Shown one piece after another: positions 59,860 to 64,000 of a stretch of DNA of 64,000 nucleotides. The stretch comes from Takakia lepidozioides (lineage: Eukaryota; Plantae; Bryophyta), in the NCBI GenBank assembly GCA_030704615.1, contig CM060734.1, positions 48,174,001 to 48,238,000 of the forward strand. Reading direction: 5' to 3'. The number at the start of each line of letters is the position of its first letter. Positions within the stretch are counted from its first letter, which is position 1. A program made the position numbers and the translations under genes. Below the pieces are notes generated by a model. It saw nothing but the letters and a program-made list of their open reading frames with translations, did no database searches and had not been told where the DNA came from.

Positions 59860-60459
59860 GGAGAGGTTCCCATGCTTGAAGTAGCGAGTTGTAGTGCTTG
59901 ATTGCTTTGAGAGTCGTCTATTGGTGAGATCCTCCAGCAAGATAAGCATATTTTCCTGCATTTGCTGAGTCAAAAAGACATTGATCTTGAATCATTCTTG
60001 GCATTGAAGTCTATTCGTTGAATTCTAAATCATACCTCCATACCATGCAACCTCTAGGGTACTGTCCGCAAACCAAAAGCTGAGTTCCTGTAACTGCCGA
60101 CTCCTTGTCATAAACTCCAAAGGTATAATCCACAGGGCAGCCTGGCAAACAACGCCACGCGTACTAACGGAATCAAACGCCCACCACTTCCGTGCACTTA
60201 TAAGAGGCTGTACATTGTGTGCAGGACCAGCCAACATGTAAACCCATTCATCCTTGATCTCTACTCGTTTGCGCGTCTCAAGGACGTCGTTGCGGCCTTC
60301 GTCATCAACCACCGCTAGCGCATTCTGCCATTTCTTACAACCACCTGTCAACGGTAAATAATAAGAGCGAGGCACCCGTTCAACGCATTCTAGTGTCACA
60401 TGGTCTGTCAATCCCGGAATCAAGGAGTTGTCCTTCGACTGGTCCTCCGACTCTGCCAT
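59860..60459 (-). pseudogene. F-box/kelch-repeat protein pseudogene
   Basis: LIPGLTDHVTLECVERVPRS..CKKW (F-box), EWVYML..WWAFD, then after frameshifts MPRMIQDQCLFDSANAGKYAYLAGG (kelch). Confidence 0.75.
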
Positions 60460-61279
60460 TGCTAGAATTCCATTTTATTTATGATTTCTTCATACTAAAC
60501 TTCATAAATTATATACTAATGTACATCGAATGTGATATTCTAAATTATGATCCGAAAAAGTGATCGACAATGGGTAACTTTTTAAGTTTTTTAACCTTTT
60601 TGCAAACCCTATAAGCAACTTTTTGATTTTTTGATTTAAAAAAAATAAAATGAAACCTCAGGCCCTTGAGAAGGGGGAAATTAACCCCCTTTTATTTATG
60701 GGCCATGAGACCTACATGACGATCAATGCCTGGACATACCGTCACGAACAATCCCACACATGGGGTAGGGCAGAGGGTTTGAACCCCGAACCACCAAGGC
60801 CACACAGTGTGCACTTACCAGCTGATGTTTTTTTTAAAAATCTTTTGCACTTTGTTTTTTTAAATTCATTCTAGTGGTCAAAGTTTCCATTTTTCATAAT
60901 ATAAATACTCATATATTATATATATAACCAGAAAAGCATGTGTCGACACGTGCAGTCATGTAGTGATTCATCCATGTGATGATATGGCAGAATGCATTAG
61001 AGTGAGAGTCATGAAGTCATATGTCCGTCTAGCAATATGCACACGTCATTCCAGTGTAGCCATGACCGTGACTGGTAGTCATATCTGCCATACCAATATT
61101 CGTGGTCAAACATGTTTGACCTGTGTTGAGCAGAGTCCAGAATCATGCAGTCGCATATACGCCTTCCCCAGACCTGCGTTATGACTTCAAAGGCGTTTAA
61201 CGATTGCAAATGGCATTTCTGCCACAAATCGGCCACGACTGCGCACCCATGGCAGTAATGAAAGCCGCAATCTGTTGTA

Positions 61280-62330
61280 GTGGTGACAAGCTATTTTGTA
61301 TGATAATAAGCACCTCTTTCAAGGTTAATTTGGAGTCTAGAAGTCAGATGGGCATCCGGAGAAATAGGGCTTGCGTCGACCATATCTTTAACCTAAGCCA
61401 AACTATTCAGAGAAGGAGAAAAGAAGGAAAACCCACTTTCGTCTTCATCCTGGATGTATAAATTACGCAATGGGCTATGGCTTCATGTGTGGTCTTCTAG
61501 GTCAGGAGAAAGATGTGTCAAATTGGTCACAACCGTATGGAATACCAAAAGCTATGTTATGGTCAATGGCCAAAAGTCTAGTGTTTGTGACATTTTGACC
61601 AAGGTGTCAAGGTTGTACCCTCTCCCACTTCTCTTCAATGTTGTCATTAATCAGCTCCTTGAAGATGTGGAAAGCGAGGTATTTGAGTTGAAGGTGGGTG
61701 ATGCCACCATACCAGCTCTTATGTCCGCGGATGACTTTGCGGGCCTAGGGGATCCTATCTTCAGGAGTTGATTGTTGTGCAAAGTGGTCCTTTGGCCTAT
61801 GGAGAAGGTTAGTATATGCGTGGTGGTGGCCTTCCATGATCATGGGGAGGGAGGAGATGATCTCAAGTGTACATCGGGGCATCGAATAGATCCATGTGCT
61901 CCCTTTTTACACATGTCTCGGTATTAAGTTTTCCTACAATTGTAACTGGGATCCACATATATAAAAGTGGGTCAAATAGGTAAATGCACAGCTTTGGGTC
62001 TCACTCACTTTTTCCGATGTAGAGGAATTATTTCTCAAGTTGAAAGGACCATGCTTTGTAACGTTATTAGGCCTACTTTGCAGTACACATCTTCCGTGTG
62101 GGAAGGCAACTCCAACCATGCTAAAACTTCAGAATCCATTCAGCTTTCGGTGCCCAAGAGGAGCATGTCAGCATGCTCTAGAACAGCTAATGTGGATGTT
62201 CATAGCGATTTTGGCATACCACCATAGAGCTCTTGATGTGATGAATTCAAGGTCAGGTGCTGGGGTCAGTTGAATCGCATGCCTCATACCAGATACCCTA
62301 AGATGATCAATATTTCTTGGAAGCAAGACC
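61280..62330 (+). mobile_element. Degenerate non-LTR (LINE) reverse transcriptase
   Basis: QMGIRRNRACVDHIFNL..FVFILDV; PLLFNVVIN..ALMSADD; LGIKFS..WDPHI; RPTLQYTSSVW; multiple frameshifts. Confidence 0.8.
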
Positions 62331-63008
62331 GTCCTGTTGAACAGGCTGTCCTGTCGGGAGAATGTAAATGAGATTTTCAAGTACCTAAATACTAGGCACA
62401 AACTGACCCTGCTAGATGCAGCTGACTTGGAGGTGGAAGGGTCTAAGCCCATGTCAGAAGCATGAAAACAAATTGAAGTTAGGCATAAGACTCCCTGAGC
62501 TTGTTTCTAGTTTGTGACATGGGTGAGGACCTATGGATGATCTGACGCCTACCTACCCAGAAATTGACTTCTTCTAAACACGAACAGAACTTACCTGCCA
62601 ATTTGGAATACTTGTTGTAGCTTTTGGAGCCAGTTGGGATTTGGAGTCTGCACCAGAAAAAACACAATGAATAGATCAAGGAACAGTACTTTGCTGGCAT
62701 GCAATTCCAATTTCAATGTGAAATAAATTGTAGCAATTTAGACTCCAGAGTGAAATGAAGGTGAGTGTGTGTGCAAGAGCTACTAAAGAATCCATTACAC
62801 CTTTCTTGTTGTAGCTTTGCAGCCATATGCCTGCCAAGCTTTGAGCACATTTATAAAAAGACAGGGGGAAGGTGGTGATAAGAGGATAGAGTGAGGTCCA
62901 CTACGAAGGCTCACGCAGGTGGAAAGAACTACCATGTAAATCTCATTGATTATGGCATATAAAGATTTACCCCAAACAGTGTTAAGATTAGAAAGTCAAG
63001 TCCAGCAG

Positions 63009-63649
63009 TCAGAGGTTCAAGGAGTATACTGAGAGCTCCATAGAAGTAGTATCGAACGCTCCCTTTGCATCCTTGATGCTGCAGCATTTGGCATATATGT
63101 CCACCAGGATAGTGTTAAGAATGACATTTGCTGTGATTCCCCGTTTGATGATTTCACCACCGACCTCTTTGCCCCTGTTCGCCTTCAAATGAATGCAATC
63201 TGGTCTGGCTTCACCCCTTCCCACTTCATTCTTCTCCATTCTTTCACAAGGCAGTCAGCTCTGCTTTTAGCCAAGGAGGAACCAACCAACTGTTAATCCA
63301 AAGAACCTCATGTGTATGTGTATGCCTGAAATCTGGTTCTCAGATTTTTCTGCAAAACCACCAGTGCGCAGCAACACATAAGCATATTTTTTATGAAATC
63401 CTCTATCTCATCCAGTTGCCCTGCACGGCCAAGAAGATCCACCATGCAGCCAAAATGCTCCACTGTAGGGGTGAGGTCATGATCATGACTCATAGAATCA
63501 AAGTAGTGACAGCCTTTAGCTAGTAGGCCCACATGGATACATGCAGACAGAAGAGAGATGAAGGTGATATTGTTTGGCTTCAAGCCTTTCTGGTGCATTT
63601 GTTCAAATAGTTGTAGGGTCTCCCTCTGTAGATGCATATATTGGTACAA
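63009..63649 (-). pseudogene. PLS-type PPR fragments
   Basis: KPNNITFISLLSACIHVGL..HFGCMVDLLGRAGQLDE; NTILVDIYAKCCSIKDAKGAFD. Confidence 0.8.
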
Positions 63650-64000
63650 ATTTCTTTTCAGATTGTTTTTGATCTTAAGGCAGACAGTTTAGGTATTGTA
63701 CTGCCAAAGCAAGGCAATTTGTGAGTAATTTGGGAATCGCTGGTAAAGCACGTAGGAACTTGAATCACGTCCGAGATGACCATGGAGAGAAGCTCTGGCG
63801 TCAAAATGATGGTATGATGCTGCATCGACAGCAAATTAGGCTGCCAATTCGGTACCAGTAACGACGACGTGCACCTGTTCGAAACAATACATGACGACTA
63901 TTCCAGTCCCGGATTGCTATCTCTCTATTCTCCCGCCTTTCAAGTCCAGTAGGAGCACAGTCTTGGCAATTGGAGGAAACAATCTGTATAGCGATGAAAT

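Overview
Eukaryotic DNA, most likely from a land plant: it has spliceosomal introns and PLS-type PPR, F-box/kelch and NAA40 remnants. The window is a nest of transposons with a 500-N gap at 12282-12781. The main object is a family of large Mutator(MULE)-like DNA transposons: element A (30623-41966, 3' end lost), element B (41967-56470, both ends present) and partial copies at 1-3188 and 17335-20942. A more distant relative, element C, lies at 8.4-12.3 kb. A and B share one layout: a short imperfect TIR with CATGAGC sub-terminal repeats, a multi-exon gene fusing a ParB/Srx-like domain to a beta-class N6A/N4C DNA methyltransferase-like domain, an array of 22-bp palindromes, then a divergently oriented GCM-type Zn finger/DDE/SWIM transposase. 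The palindrome is family-specific (GGAAATTCGGYGCCGAATTTCC in A, GGAAATGCGGYRCCGCATTTCC in B). It also occurs inside introns and is spaced at near-integer helical turns (53, 64, 74, 95-96 bp). B additionally carries two intact paralogous orphan ORFs. I infer a self-recognition or anti-silencing system; this is not proven. Also present are Ty3/gypsy copies encoding a C5-cytosine methyltransferase, a conserved TAG-CAACCA readthrough-type stop before RT and an integrase PHD finger, plus an intronless SET-domain pseudogene, a LINE RT remnant and host pseudogene fragments. All domain calls are by eye from motifs; no searches were run.
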